The notes beneath the pieces are model-generated. The model was not told the origin of the DNA. It saw only the letters and a program-made list of their open reading frames with translations, and did not search any database. Both the position numbers and the translations under genes were made by a program. A DNA stretch of 64,000 nt from Ostrea edulis (taxonomy: Eukaryota). The stretch spans positions 46,128,001 through 46,192,000 of the forward strand of contig NC_079165.1 in the NCBI RefSeq assembly GCF_947568905.1, written 5' to 3'. This document shows positions 25,491 through 38,859 of the stretch, piece by piece. Within the stretch, counting starts at the first letter, position 1. Every line of letters begins with the position of its first letter.

Positions 25491-26981
25491 ATGCAGGCGC
25501 ACGCATATTGTGGGTTCCTGGTTGCATTTCTCTCTGTGATACACATCGGTAAGTACGTATTGTTGTGTATATATATTGCTGTCAATGAAACATATACGAT
25601 TGCTTGCAAAATATATTTGATTTTAATATGAAACTCCATTTATGGAATTGTACTTTCTCAGTTGATTACGAAGACCGGCCTGGTTTTCTCGAAATAAACT
25701 TTTAAAAGTTGAAACCTGGAACTAAGTCTGAGATTTTCTTCCGATTTTGCCAAAACAAAAAACAAAAAAAACCCGCAAACTTAAGTTCAAGATTTTTTTG
25801 ATTTTTTTTGGTGGAGAAATCCAAGCAAGGAACAACAAAGTAAGGAGAATGATGTCCATTTATATGGCGTGTAAAACGCTGCAATTTTATACAAATTTTG
25901 AGTTATAAGAGAAAATCTTGATTTTTATTCAATAATCTTGATATTTATATGCGAAAAGTTTTATTCTTACATGTATATTCGATAATCATAATATTTATAT
26001 GCGAAAATTTTGACGTGCGAACAATTTTGATTTATATTCGATAATCTTGTGATTGATATGCGATAATTTTGATTCATAAATTATATTCGATAATCTTGAT
26101 ATCTAAATGCAAAAATTTTGACGGGCGAAAATTTTTATTTGTATTCGATAAATCTTGATTTATATTCGATAATCTTGATATTTGTATGCAAATATTTGGA
26201 TTTATATCCAATTATCTTGTTATCTATATTCGATAAATTTTGATTTATATTCGATAATCTTGTTCAATTTATCGAATATGTATAAATAACAAGATTATCG
26301 AATATAAATCAAGATTTATCACATATCATACTGTGTATATAAATCAAAATTTTCGCATACAGATATGAAAATTATCGAATATAAATGAAAAATGTTGGGC
26401 AGAAATATCAAGATTATCGAATATACATCAAAATTTTCGCATATACATATCAAGATTGTCGAATATAAATAAAACATTTCGCACATAGATATCAAGATTA
26501 TAGAATATAAATCAAGATTTATCAAATATAAATCAAAATTTTCGTATGTAAATATAAAGATTATCGAATGCACATAAAAAAAATTCTCATATAAATATCA
26601 AGATTATCGAATATAAATCAAGATTTGTACATTATTGCAACGTTTTATACGCCATACAATACTTTTAACTTTTCTTTCAATTCTTTTAAAGCAGATGCCT
26701 ACTCATTCAATAAAGGAATTTTCTGTCCTAAAACTCCATGCTATTTCCCGCCACCTAATTGTAAGATCGCCTTCAGGACAATGATATACTCGGATGGCTC
26801 TTGTGAGATGGTTTGCTATCACAAATGCATGTGCGACCCTCGTCGGGCCGTTTGTTCAAAGAGTCTGGAAGGACCCAATACTCCTGCGGTTCCACGCTGC
26901 TACCCTGTGGAGCAGACAGAGACGCTTAGTGACGGCACCCAATGTAAAGTCTGTTTACATCTTTGTGATCCTATTTCATGA
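25491..26981 (+). CDS. Small secreted cysteine-rich peptide (115 aa, signal peptide + 2 x 6-Cys repeats), family not recognised
   Basis: Exon 1 25491-25548 (MQAHAYCGFLVAFLSVIHI + G|gtaagt, phase 1). Exon 2 26692-26981 follows a pyrimidine tract and aaag| (phase 1): ADAYSFNKGIFCPKTPCYFPPPNCKIAFRTMIYSDGSCEMVCYHKCMCDPRRAVCSKSLEGPNTPAVPRCYPVEQTETLSDGTQCKVCLHLCDPIS*. TATAAA at 25450. Both exons are GC-richer than their flanks. The hydrophobic N-terminus ends in an A-D-A cleavage-like motif; there are 12 Cys in the mature part. Confidence 0.75.
25865..26654. mobile_element. 790 bp TA-flanked MITE with inverted internal (tttatattcgataatcttg) repeats, inside the intron of the Cys-rich gene
   Basis: ta|TGGCGTGTAAAACGCTGCAA ... 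TTGCAACGTTTTATACGCCA|ta; the internal repeat orientation flips near 26270. Confidence 0.75.
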
Positions 26982-27329
26982 TAAAAACGAGATTTAGTTG
27001 TCTATTTCTATTTCCTTTGTTCCTTCACTCGCTAAATTAGATGCAGAAATGACACAAATTAATACTGGGTTCGGCGCTCCTGCATGTGAATCCACAGGCA
27101 ATCATATCGCTTGGGTTCGAATTTACTACAGTGTATTAAAAATAGAAAATTCAAACCCAAGTACCGTTAATATAAATGCCTGTGTGTGAATCCACAATCG
27201 TGACTTCATGCGACAACTGAGTTCCCAGCTGCTCAACATGTGTCACAAAGTTTTCATTTTATTAGAGTTTCCTTTTTTTCAGTACTAGTGCTATGATGTG
27301 GATTTAAACTCGTGAAATGGGTACATGAA

Positions 27330-28950
27330 GTTCACACGATTTGATTTTTGAAACAGGAGTAATTCCATCCCAGTGGACATATTGTAATATAATTCCACTG
27401 CATACAAGAAAACGAAAGCAACAACTCTGATTCCAGAAACCGTACAACTATTACACGGATTAGTGGTTTGAGGAAATTGTTTACTGTAGTTTTGAATGCG
27501 ACACTTAATGAATATGCTAACAGTATTGAACTGATTGCAGAAAATCAAGCTGGTTTGGGTAAATTAAAAAAATTCTACACAGGACCATACTTTTACTCCA
27601 CATACACTTTTAGAAATTTTCAAGAATCTCAAAACAAGCAAAAAAAAACCCCTAAAACCATAATGCGATTTTATTGGTTTTTGAAAAGCATTTGCCTCTG
27701 AATGTCGTATTGGTCTCTGGATCAAAATCTTATTTGATGGAAAATGTTTAAAACTTGTAACAAAATTGTTTAATGGTATTAAGTTAAAAGTGCCATATAA
27801 TGGCTTGTACAATAAAAATATTTCTATGTAATGTAGGAGTTAGACAGGGTGAAAATCTATCGCCGTCTCTATTTGCTTTATATCTAAATGACTTTGACGA
27901 ATTTATGTTCTGTAATAATGGTCAAAGGTCTTTCTCGTTTATCTGAGAAATTAGATAATAGTCTTGATATACATTTAAATTTTATAGTCTTACTGTGTGC
28001 AGATAATACAATATCATTGTCAGAAACTCCAGAACAGGTCTGATGGGTGGTGTGTTGTTTTTTTTACGAATATTGTAAAACAAAGCACATAAAGCTTAAT
28101 AATATGAAGACAAAACTTATCATTTTCGGTAAAGGTGCTTTGGTTACCACTGCTCAGCTGTATCTAAATACAATGGAGAAAACATTGAAATTGCAGGTAG
28201 TTTTAAATACATGTACATGTATTTGGACATCACATTTTCTAAAAATGGTTGATTAGTTTAACATTACGGACTTATTCGATAAAGCCACTTGGGATATGTA
28301 GTGTGATAGGAAAAATGTAGAAAACATATTCTATATATCAATTGCAAATTAGACATGTCTGATAAAATTGTAAAACCTAAACTCCTAGTCGCATGTATAT
28401 GACGTATGGTGAATTTGGAAGATTTCACATCGCAATTGTGGACTATCTTATGTATGGCAGCAGGAACAACCTGTAAATGTGAACTGGGTCAAAAGATTTT
28501 TTTTTTTTTTTTGTTCTTTAAGATCAATTTAAAGAAAGTTGGACTGGTGNNNNNNNNNNNNNNNNNNNNNNNNNNNNNNNNNNNNNNNNNNNNNNNNNNN
28601 NNNNNNNNNNNNNNNNNNNNNNNNNNNNNNNNNNNNNNNNNNNNNNNNNNNNNNNNNNNNNNNNNNNNNNNNNNNNNNAGAATATTTAAAAACACTCATT
28701 GACTTTAGAAATATCTTCTTAATTCAACTGAAATATAGTCTAAATTGTTAGGATGGTACGATAGATTTTGCTACATTTACCTAGAAAAAGTAGAATTTGT
28801 CAATGGTGTACCAGAAACGACATCGGTGACGAATTTCTTTATCTATACTTGTACATGTATACTTGTACATTTATACATGTAAAACAAACCATATTCCAAA
28901 CTATTATTGCACAAATCCCAACATTTATGAATTTGACCAAATATATGTAA
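27330..28950 (+). mobile_element. Degraded non-LTR retrotransposon RT (CR1/L2-group), spans an assembly gap
   Basis: Broken frames give FETGVIPSQW...IIP, KLFTVVLNATLNEY...LIAENQAG, VGVRQGENLSPSLFALYLND, LLCADNT (YADD equivalent), LNNMKTKLIIF, and C-terminal RICQWCTRNDIGDEF. Confidence 0.85.
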
Positions 28951-29421
28951 TGCACAAAATAGCCAAACGTTAACTAGATTATGTACATTTATAAAAGTCA
29001 ATATGGAGAGGTTTAATTCTCCGGTTAAAATAACAAATAACTTTCGTAAACTTTTTCATGCATCTATGTTTATCATTAGTATCATCATCATTATTATCCA
29101 TGCTGTATCTCATATCGCTAGGATTGTTCCACAGACCTTCATCATATACAAGACACATTATCATTTTGTCTAAAAAAAAAAAAAAGTCTGGCAAGTATTT
29201 GAAATATTTTGGTAGGTTTAGAACTTGTATAAATATTAAATTACACCCGTTAAATGGTTTGATGGACCATGAGAAAAGAGAATTTGTAAATAATGTTTAC
29301 AAATGAAACTGGTGATGAGTTTTCCAACTTATTTTAAAATTGTGTGCTCTTACACAGGAAAATTTATCATTCCATTTATATATGTTCCTTCCTGATTTAA
29401 ATTTATCACTGAACTTCACAT

Positions 29422-29834
29422 CGGTCGCGGTAGCTCAGTGGCAGTCTGGTAGAGCGGTAGCTCAGTGGTAGTCTGGTAGAGCAGTAGCTCAGTGGTAGTC
29501 TGGTAGAGTGGTAGCTCAGTGGTAGTCTGGTAGAGCGTTTGCTTCGTGACTGGGAGGTCGTGAGTTTGAGTCGTGCTCGTGAACCTTAGACGCAAACATA
29601 GGTAGTGATTGCTCCTTTGTCAAAAGCTCTAATGTGAGAATCACGGGTCTTCCGGATATGACCCTACTAATGGAGGTCCCGTTTCACAGCAGGCATCGAC
29701 ACGTTAAAGAACCCTCACTGCTACGGCCCTGACCCCTAAGCATAAGTCTATACTTGTGGTACAACTGGTGACGTCTCAATATGAGTGAAAGTTTCTTGAA
29801 ATGTCGTCAAACAAACAAACAAACAAACAAAACA
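29422..29834 (+). mobile_element. tRNA-derived SINE with quadruplicated 27-bp head segment and (AAAC)n tail
   Basis: 4 x ggtagctcagtggtagtctggtagagc, then B-box-like gagtttgagtcg; the body is shared with 50965-52848 and 59543-59952. Confidence 0.85.
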
Positions 29835-30011
29835 ATAATAATTTCACATACATCCTTTGGTCTAAGTAGGACATTCTTCATTTTTGTTACTAGTATATTA
29901 GATATACCCGTATAGCATTTGTTTCTCTGTTCATTTGAATAAGGGTTGGTCATGCTCCACTCCTAAACTTTATATAGGGATGACGCAACTATATCATAGA
30001 ATTATACATTC

Positions 30012-30300
30012 ACCACAACCAGAGTATGTATATTCATTACATGTGTATGTAACGCTGTCAATCACAACCAGACAACCAGAGTATGTATACTTATTACATG
30101 TGTATGTAACGATACCAATCACAACCAGAATATGTATATTTATTACATGTGTATGTACCGATACCAATCACAACCAGAATATGTATATTTATTACATGTG
30201 TATGTACCGATACCAATCACAACCAGAATATGTATATTTATTACATATGTATGTACCGATACCAATCACAACCAGAGTATGTACATGTATACTTATTACA
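30012..30300. repeat. 49 bp minisatellite (~6 copies)
   Basis: Unit caaccagaatatgtatatttattacatgtgtatgtaccgataccaatca. Confidence 0.9.
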
Positions 30301-33020
30301 TGTATATAAATTTTTCATTTCGAACCTATAATTTAACAACAATGGTGAAATTGACCTTCAAACTTGGCCATCATTTCCCAATTTAAGCGCTGATAATGAC
30401 GTAAATTTTCACTTTTAAGTCCTTCAAGACAGGCCTGCCTCTAAGATTATTTTTTGATATTTTGATTTTACAATCGTAAGAACAATTTACAATAGTATTT
30501 TTAGGGGCAACGCTGCCTTGGGGTCGAAATTAACGAAAAACCTATAAATTAGGGGAACTGGTTTAGAAAACCTTATTCATATTTACAGGTGCATTACTTG
30601 TGCTTAAAATAGCTCAGTCAACTGCACCGCTGGCAGAAAATGCTGCGATTATTTTTTGCCATGGTTGGAATCCGAATCACGCCACACTTTTATTTTTTAT
30701 TTCGCATTTTCAACACTTTTTCATATCTTGAATATTTATGAGTATATTTTCCTTCCATAATCTAGTTTAAATGCATATTCATTCTGTATATAGAAAACAT
30801 GAAAAGAGACCACAAATTCTAAATTCTCTGCAGTCAAGTGGAACTATCCTCGCCGTGGTCGATTTTATCCCAAGGACAATAATCATCCAGTCTGCGTTAC
30901 TCTACGGAATTACGTGTGCGACGGGAAAAAAGCACGTCATACAAGAATCGTTGTGTTTGCCTGTCCAGCATGTATTTTGGAAAGAGTTCTGTTGTTGGTG
31001 AAGTACTGAAGAATCGGAGTATTTCATTACTGGGAAAAGATGTACACTTAGGCGATGGTTTATACCAAAAATGTAGAAAGAAAGTCTATCGGTTAGAAAA
31101 GAGTGGGAATGGGGTCGTGTTATGTACAGACCTGTGACTTTCACGTTTAATGCTGACCGTCTGGTGATGGAACAGTTACTACCTGTTTTAATGACGTACA
31201 TGTAGTACTATATCTGCACGTGCTTCTTCGGATTTCCATTTTATAATACATGTATCAGTGATATGTATTCTTAATGGCAGTAATAAATGTATATCAAGTA
31301 GGGAAATATCCCAAAAGTACTAGTAATTAAGACCGGATATATATCATTACAAAAATATGAGATATCATATTAGAGCTCAAAATGCGATAACAACGCAAAC
31401 TACGTATAGCGTGCTTGTGCATCGTTATAAGAGGTCTATTGAAAGTCCACATGCTAAAGTCATGAATGAGCTTTTTGTAAAGACTTAAACCAGATCTGGC
31501 CTAATCGTGCTAATACAGTTTTTCTTTTGTTACCATGATTTGATCCTTTAAGGAAGAGGTTTCGAAAAGAATATTTTTTGTTCCATACTTTGGGGGGAGG
31601 GGTGTTGTTATGGTAATTTTTTTTTTAGTAAAAATGAAATGAAAACAATTTTTAACTTATTTCCATAATTTCCAACATTTGCAGTTTTGTGCTTTGTATT
31701 TGTTTTTGAGAAGAACATTAAGATAACTTTGCAAGACATAACAGAAGTATAATGCCCTCAACCAATTTAATATTGAGTATACGAGAAAAAATTGGAGGGT
31801 TGTGTTGTTTCAACCTCTATAATACCACGTGTTGCATTCAGTACCAAAACCATATATTTGATTACTTATATACACAGAAACATTATACATGTACTATAAC
31901 ATGGTTGTCTATGCATCACGTACCTAGATCTATTAACGAATCTGTTAATTTTGCGATTAAATGAGTCGTTGTAAATTCGTGCAAAAATTCAATTTGTTAT
32001 AAAATGTACATATTTAGAAAAAGTTAAAACGTTATTTCACATTGTAATACAAAGCTATATTTTTATGAAAGTGTAGGTCACAATTTCAACATGATTCATG
32101 GTAGAGTTAAACAATGACTTGTTTCTGGTGGAAGCATAGTTGTCAGTTGGTGTTTTCATATACTAGGAGGTTTTGTTTTTTTGTTGTTGTTTTTTTTGCA
32201 CTTTACCAAATTTTGTTGATGATTCGTACCTAAATCATTTAATAACTTTTAAAGTTATGACTTATTTTTGCATATATATAAGTAAACAATTATATTCAAT
32301 CAATTCAGTCATTTGTAGCACTATCACGTAGCACGTTTTGTACTGAGTAAAACTACTTGATCTATGATAATAATTTTTATGTACTTTTCTGATATCCGAG
32401 TAAAATGGACATTTCAATTTCAAAATTCTCCTATGTCCTTATGAGCAGATAGCGTACAGACTCTCATGGGTGTTATTATATTCCCATAAAGACCAACTTC
32501 AATATGATTACAAATTCTAAACTTAGTTCTTTTCTATATTTGAAATCATTTGGTTTTGTCGGGTATGACTGCAAACCAAATCCATCAACAACATATTGCA
32601 AAAGAATGAAGATACCAAAGAAAAGATGGTTTGCCTTTTTACATCAAATATCCTTTGTTGTGTAAAATTGTATATATAGAATTAAAATTACGTCTATATT
32701 ATCCTATTATGTGCAATACAATCCTAACGTTGACAACTCTTCCTTAACGTTCAATACCCGCTATCATTTCGTAAAATCATATCCTCATAACAGGCTTTCA
32801 AAACACAATTATCAGTCTACTTAACTTCAATCAGTATTTAGAACTTCTTGATGAATTATTGAACTATTTAAAGCGTGATATAATTGAACTACAGACATCC
32901 ATCACATGATAAATTGATTACTTTCAACTAATTAAATGAAAATTCTAAACACAAAACATAAGTGAGAGAGTTAAGTTATATATCTGGACCCAGTTGCTCG
33001 AATGTTAGTCAACTTTAACT

Positions 33021-34930
33021 AACAGTTAACTTGTCATTGACTCTTACATTTATATAGTGTTGACTAGACGTTAACTATCGGTTAAACTTATAACAGTTAA
33101 CTTGTCATTGACTCTACATTTATATAGTGTTGACTAGACTTTAACTATCGGTTACACTTATAACAGTTAACTTGTCATTGACTCTTACATTTATATAGTG
33201 TTGACTAGACGTTAACTATCGGTTAAACTTATAACAGTTAACTTGTCATTGACTCTTACATTTATATAGTGTTGACTAGACGTTAACTATCGGTTAAACT
33301 TATAACAGTTAACTTGTCATTGACTCTTACATTTATATAGTGTTGACTAGACGTTAACTATCGGTTAAACTTATAACAGTTAACTTGTCATTGACTCTAC
33401 ATTTATATAGTGTTGACTAGACGTTAACTATCTGTTAAACTTATAACAGTTAACTTGTCATTGACTCTTACATTTATATAGTGTTGACTAGACGTTAACT
33501 ATCGGTTAAACTTATAACAGTTAACTTGTCATTGACTCTTACATTTATATAGTGTTGACTAGACGTTAACTATCGGTTAAACTTATAACAGTTAACTTGT
33601 CATTGACTCTTACATTTATATAGTGTTGACTAGACGTTAACTATCGGTTAAACTTATAACAGTTAACTTGTCATTGACTCTTACATTTATATAGTGTTGA
33701 CTAGACGTTAACTATCGATTACACTTATAACAGTTAACTTGTCATTGACTCTACATTTATATAGTGTTGACTAGACGTTAACTATCGGTTAAACTTATAA
33801 CAGTTAACTTGTCATTGACTCTACATTTATATAGTGTTGACTAGACTTTAACTATCGGTTACACTTATAACAGTTAACTTGTCATTGACTCTTACATTTA
33901 TATAGTGTTGACTAGACGTTAACTATCGGTTAAACTTATAACAGTTAACTTGTCATTGACTCTTACATTTATATAGTGTTGACTAGACGTTAACTATCGG
34001 TTAAACTTATAACAGTTAACTTGTCATTGACTCTTACATTTATATAGTGTTGACTAGACGTTAACTATCGGTTAAACTTATAACAGTTAACTTGTCATTG
34101 ACTCTACATTTATATAGTGTTGACTAGACGTTAACTATCTGTTAAACTTATAACAGTTAACTTGTCATTGACTCTTACATTTATATAGTGTTGACTAGAC
34201 GTTAACTATCGGTTAAACTTATAACAGTTAACTTGTCATTGACTCTTACATTTATATAGTGTTGACTAGACGTTAACTATCGGTTAAACTTATAACAGTT
34301 AACTTGTCATTGACTCTTACATTTATATAGTGTTGACTAGACGTTAACTATCGGTTAAACTTATAACAGTTAACTTGTCATTGACTCTTACATTTATATA
34401 GTGTTGACTAGACGTTAACTATCGATTACACTTATAACAGTTAACTTGTCATTGACTCTACATTTATATAGTGTTGACTAGACGTTAACTATCGGTTAAA
34501 CTAATAACAGTTAACTTGTCATTGACTCTTACATTTATATAGTGTTGACTAGACGTTAACTATCGGTTAAACTTATAACAGTTAACTTGTCATTGACTCT
34601 TACATTTATATAGTGTTGACTAGACGTTAACTATCGGTTAAACTTATAACAGTTAACTTGTCATTGACTCTTACATTTATATAGTGTTGACTAGACGTTA
34701 ACTATCGGTTAAACTTATAACAGTTAACTTGTCATTGACTCTTACATTTATATAGTGTTGACTAGACGTTAACTATCGGTTAAACTTATAACAGTTAACT
34801 TGTCATTGACTCTTACATTTATATAGTGTTGACTAGACGTTAACTATCGGTTAAACTTATAACAGTTAACTTGTCATTGACTCTTACATTTATATAGTGT
34901 TGACTAGACGTTAACTATCGGTTAAACTTA
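33021..34930. repeat. 70/71 bp satellite, ~27 near-identical copies
   Basis: Unit aacagttaacttgtcattgactcttacatttatatagtgttgactagacgttaactatcggttaaacttat. Confidence 0.97.
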
Positions 34931-36350
34931 ACTTGTGTTTGTGCAACTGCCTATTAAATATATATAAGTAAAGTTATAGTGCAACCTAACANNNNNNNNN
35001 NNNNNNNNNNNNNNNNNNNNNNNNNNNNNNNNNNNNNNNNNNNNNNNNNNNNNNNNNNNNNNNNNNNNNNNNNNNNNNNNNNNNNNNNNNNNNNNNNNNN
35101 NNNNNNNNNNNNNNNNNNNNNNNNTGCTTACACACTAAACAAATAAAATCCTATCCTAATCTAGATTAGAGGAATATTCGGTCTTTTTAAGTGGTAAACT
35201 GAATTAACCCAGTGCAAACTGTGTTTGTATTTCAATAAACACACTCAAATTATATAGCGAAAAGAACTCTTCCGGATACTGAAGTAAAAAAAGGGGGGGG
35301 AGGGGTCACTATAAAGGGGGAAGTGAGACTTCTCCCCAGAAATCTGACTGTATAGTGAGATGGGAGAAGGCTCACTATATAGTCAGACTTCCGGGGTAAA
35401 GTCTCACTATATGGCCGGGGAGAGGGTGGTCTCACTATATGTATATAGCCAGTCTTCCGGGAGAAGTCCCACTATGTAACGACGGGACCGTTCGTGTGAA
35501 TGAGTATGGGTTTGTTAGTGTGTATGTAACACTGAGCTTGTAGACACTCTACAGGTAACATTTTTGCTCGATTGATTCTATATTATTAACTTCACTTTCC
35601 CATCAAAACAGGCAGAAGAAGTCTATTGATTTTGAGATCAAACGGTCAGGTCAAGGTCACGACAGGACGTCATAGAAAAAGCTTGTAGACACGATAAAGG
35701 CTACATGTTTTGCTCGACTGATTTGATACTTCACATGTACAGCTTTGTTATCAAGACAAGGAAACCCTTATTGATTTTGAGGTCCAAATATCAAGGTCAC
35801 TACCGAATTTAATAGAAAAAAAAACTTATAGTCACTCATTGCGAGGGGATATGTCCTACCTGGTGGATATTTTGTTGACCCATATATTTCTGGAATGGGA
35901 GGTTCCTGATCCAACCTGTCAAAAGGGCACCTGCATTTCTCTCTGTACTGGTGAATGGGGACATAGAGGTGTTTTCTACATCTGGATATTGAAGACAAAT
36001 AATTTTGCGAGATTAAGGAATCCATCACATATCTTTGGTGTTGAAAATCCCTTTGTGGTGTGTGACTATTGCAGTAGTAAACATTGCAGTAGTAAACATT
36101 TGTGCTACTTTACATTTTACCGTAAATTTATAATCGCAACATTTCTAGAATGATGAATGATACGCAGCTAAAAATTTTAAATCTTCAAAAATATTCTTTT
36201 CAAGAACAATAAGATCCTGATCAATCAAGTTAATATGCAAATTCCAATTATCTCAAAGTTGTGCATACTATAGTTTGTTTAAATTGTAGCCCCCGGGGAT
36301 AGGGTGGGGCCACCATAGGGATCAAAGTTTTACATAAGAATATATATAAG

Positions 36351-36705
36351 CAGGCTACTGACAAACAAGTTGATGGTGCAGGGGTTCCAACAGTCTCGTT
36401 TAAAATCAGCATTTCGCAAATTCTATGGTCGTTATAACGATCTAGTTTGTCAATACAACCTATCATTGGGTCAAATGCTGTCTGGCGTGTTTCATGCCGA
36501 TTGTTAGGCTGTTCTTGGCACACTGATTTACTCCGTTTACCTGATCAGGATATAGGGCTCACGGCGGGTGTGATCTGTGTTACTCCTCCTAGGCACCTGA
36601 TCCTACCTCTGGTATGTCCAGGGGTCCGTGTTTGCCCAACTCTCTATTTTGTATTGCTTATAGGAGTTATGAGATTGATCTCTGTTAGTTATCTTCACCT
36701 TTCAT
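36351..36705 (+). mobile_element. 3' fragment of a Penelope-like retroelement
   Basis: LLTNKLMVQGFQQSRLKSAFRKFYGRYNDLVCQYNLSLGQMLSGVFHADC* plus 3' UTR. Confidence 0.65.
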
Positions 36706-36707
36706 AT

Positions 36708-36956
36708 ATATGACTGATTGATGTTTTCCGCCATACTCAACATTTTTTTTCAGTTATCTGGTGGCACCCAGTGTATATTGGTGGGAGAGAGAACCCAGAT
36801 ACAATGTACCTGGGAAGAGACCACCGACCTTCCGAAAGTAAACTGGGAAACTTCCTCACTTACCGGCGCGAGCGAGATTCGAACCCGCGCCGACCAGAGG
36901 TGAGAGGCCGTGTGATTTTGAGCGCGATGCTCTAACCACTCGGCCACGGAGGCCCT
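36708..36956 (-). mobile_element. tRNA-derived SINE (second family)
   Basis: Minus-strand head gggcctccgtggccgagtggttagagc...gggttcgaatctc followed by a non-tRNA body and (aatc)-like tail. Confidence 0.8.
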
Positions 36957-37204
36957 TCTTTCATATATGAAAACATATTCACAATTCTTCATCTCAACAA
37001 CAGCAGGGCCATGATTAGTCATACAAACATCCACAGGTACATAATATGTAACTTGCAGATTCAAGTTTGTTCAAATGATTATCCCAAATGTTGGGTGGAT
37101 CACAACAAGAATAATGGAATATGCGGAAAATTAATTGAAAACAAATTCTTTTCAAGAGTAGCAGGGCCACACTTAATCAACATTCGTAAGTTGTGTGGAT
37201 TCAA

Positions 37205-37437
37205 TTTGCTTTTATGTCATCGCGACTAAAGTCGGGGGCATATTGTTTTTGTCCTATTTCCTCTCCGAAACTTTAAACTTGCTGAAAACTTTTGAATAGT
37301 GAGTGATGGGACTCTCATACTTGTGTCAAAACCCTTTTTCGTTGATTTTCGTCACCATTTTTCGTGTAGTTGATCATGTCAAAGTCACATGATTCACCAC
37401 CGTGCTTTTTCTTCCAAAATTTTCAACCTTGTGGTCT

Positions 37438-37468
<31 letters not shown>

Positions 37469-38175
37469 AAGAAAACCTAATCTGTGCAATATCTTCTGAA
37501 CTATTTAAGTTAGGACTTTTATATTTCGCATATAGCTTCCTTATAGCGAAGTCTTTCATTTCATATCATATTTGACCCTGTGATCTTGACCGCGGAGTTT
37601 GACCAAAATTTCAAAACTTTTAACTGACATTTTAACTTGCTAATAACTTTTGAATGATGAGTGAAATATCTTTCATATTTCATATATGTATTCCTTGTTA
37701 CAAGATCTTAATTTTGGTACCAAAGTTTCACCTGGTTACCTTTATCTTAATTTTTGACTTACTTTTTAAAAAGATATCATCGGCTATCAATTTTTAACAG
37801 CAATACCTTACATTTCATACCATTATCTATGACCTTGTGATCTTGACATCGGAGTTTGACCAAAATTTCAAAACTTTAACCGAAACTTTAATAACCTTGC
37901 TCATAGCATTTGAATGGTGAGTGAAATATCTCATAATATCTCATATTTCATGTATATATTCCTTAATACAATATCTTAATTTTGGTACCAAAGTTTTTGA
38001 CCTTGTAACCTTAACCTTAACGTTTGACCAACTTTTAAGAAAAGTTAACGTAAGCAATATCTCCTGATCTTTGTATGTAATGGTTTCCATATTTTTTATA
38101 TACATGTAGTATAGATTCCTTATGGAAAGACCTTTTATTTCATACCATGATTTTTGACCTTGTGTCGTGACACTT
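37205..38175 (-). repeat. Interspersed repeat with internal ~160-190 bp duplicated units (HINE-like)
   Basis: Starts with tttttatgtc...gggggcatattgttttt; repeated gaccttgtgatcttgac...ggagtttgacc and ttttggtaccaaagttt blocks. Confidence 0.55.
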
Positions 38176-38859
38176 TGGGGCTAGGTTCGGGTGACAATAG
38201 GGGGTCCAAAATTTTCAAGGGATAAAAATTGAGAGAAAAAATTAAGGATATATGCGACGTTTCTGACATTTTCTCTTGATCATTTTTTATCTCCTCGATA
38301 TGAAGAGCTCTTGTATGATTTCCGGAATAGTTTTAAATTTTTATGTAGCAATATTATCATATTTACAAGTATCAGCCTGTTTGGCTCAGTATGTTAGATC
38401 ACCTTACTAATGGTGTAATGGTCCCAGGGTCGATACCCAATTGTTCCAAAAATAATTCTCCTTTGCAACAGTAAAATTGCTGTAATACATAAGAGATGAC
38501 TTTACATACTTGCAATAACTAGGAACTACCAAAACTCTAAAACAGACATGGTAATATACCTTAAGATTTTTGTTGTTGTTGTTGTTGTTGAAGAAGAAGA
38601 AGAAACGAGATAAATTGCATGTGAATTCTACGTCACGAAAAATCATATACATGTACAGGTGTACTATATGGAGAAACGACTCGCATAACAATAGCGGGAC
38701 CAAAGTGACTCAGGTGAGCAATGTGGCACATGGGTATCTTGTTTGAAAATACTACTTGAGGGTATGAACTGCAACGCTCTTGAATGTAAACACTTATTGG
38801 ATTGTGCGTATGGCCGGACACTGTTGTTAATACTTAATGCGGAAACCTTAAAAAAAACA

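Noticed and set aside
28406-28751. ORFs running through the N stretch
   Set aside because: Artefacts of the assembly gap at 28550-28678.
36860-36956. tRNA genes (also 22250-22310, 29429-29580, 59880-59952, 63535-63590)
   Set aside because: A and B boxes are present, but acceptor stems do not pair and each is attached to a SINE body or LTR-like unit.
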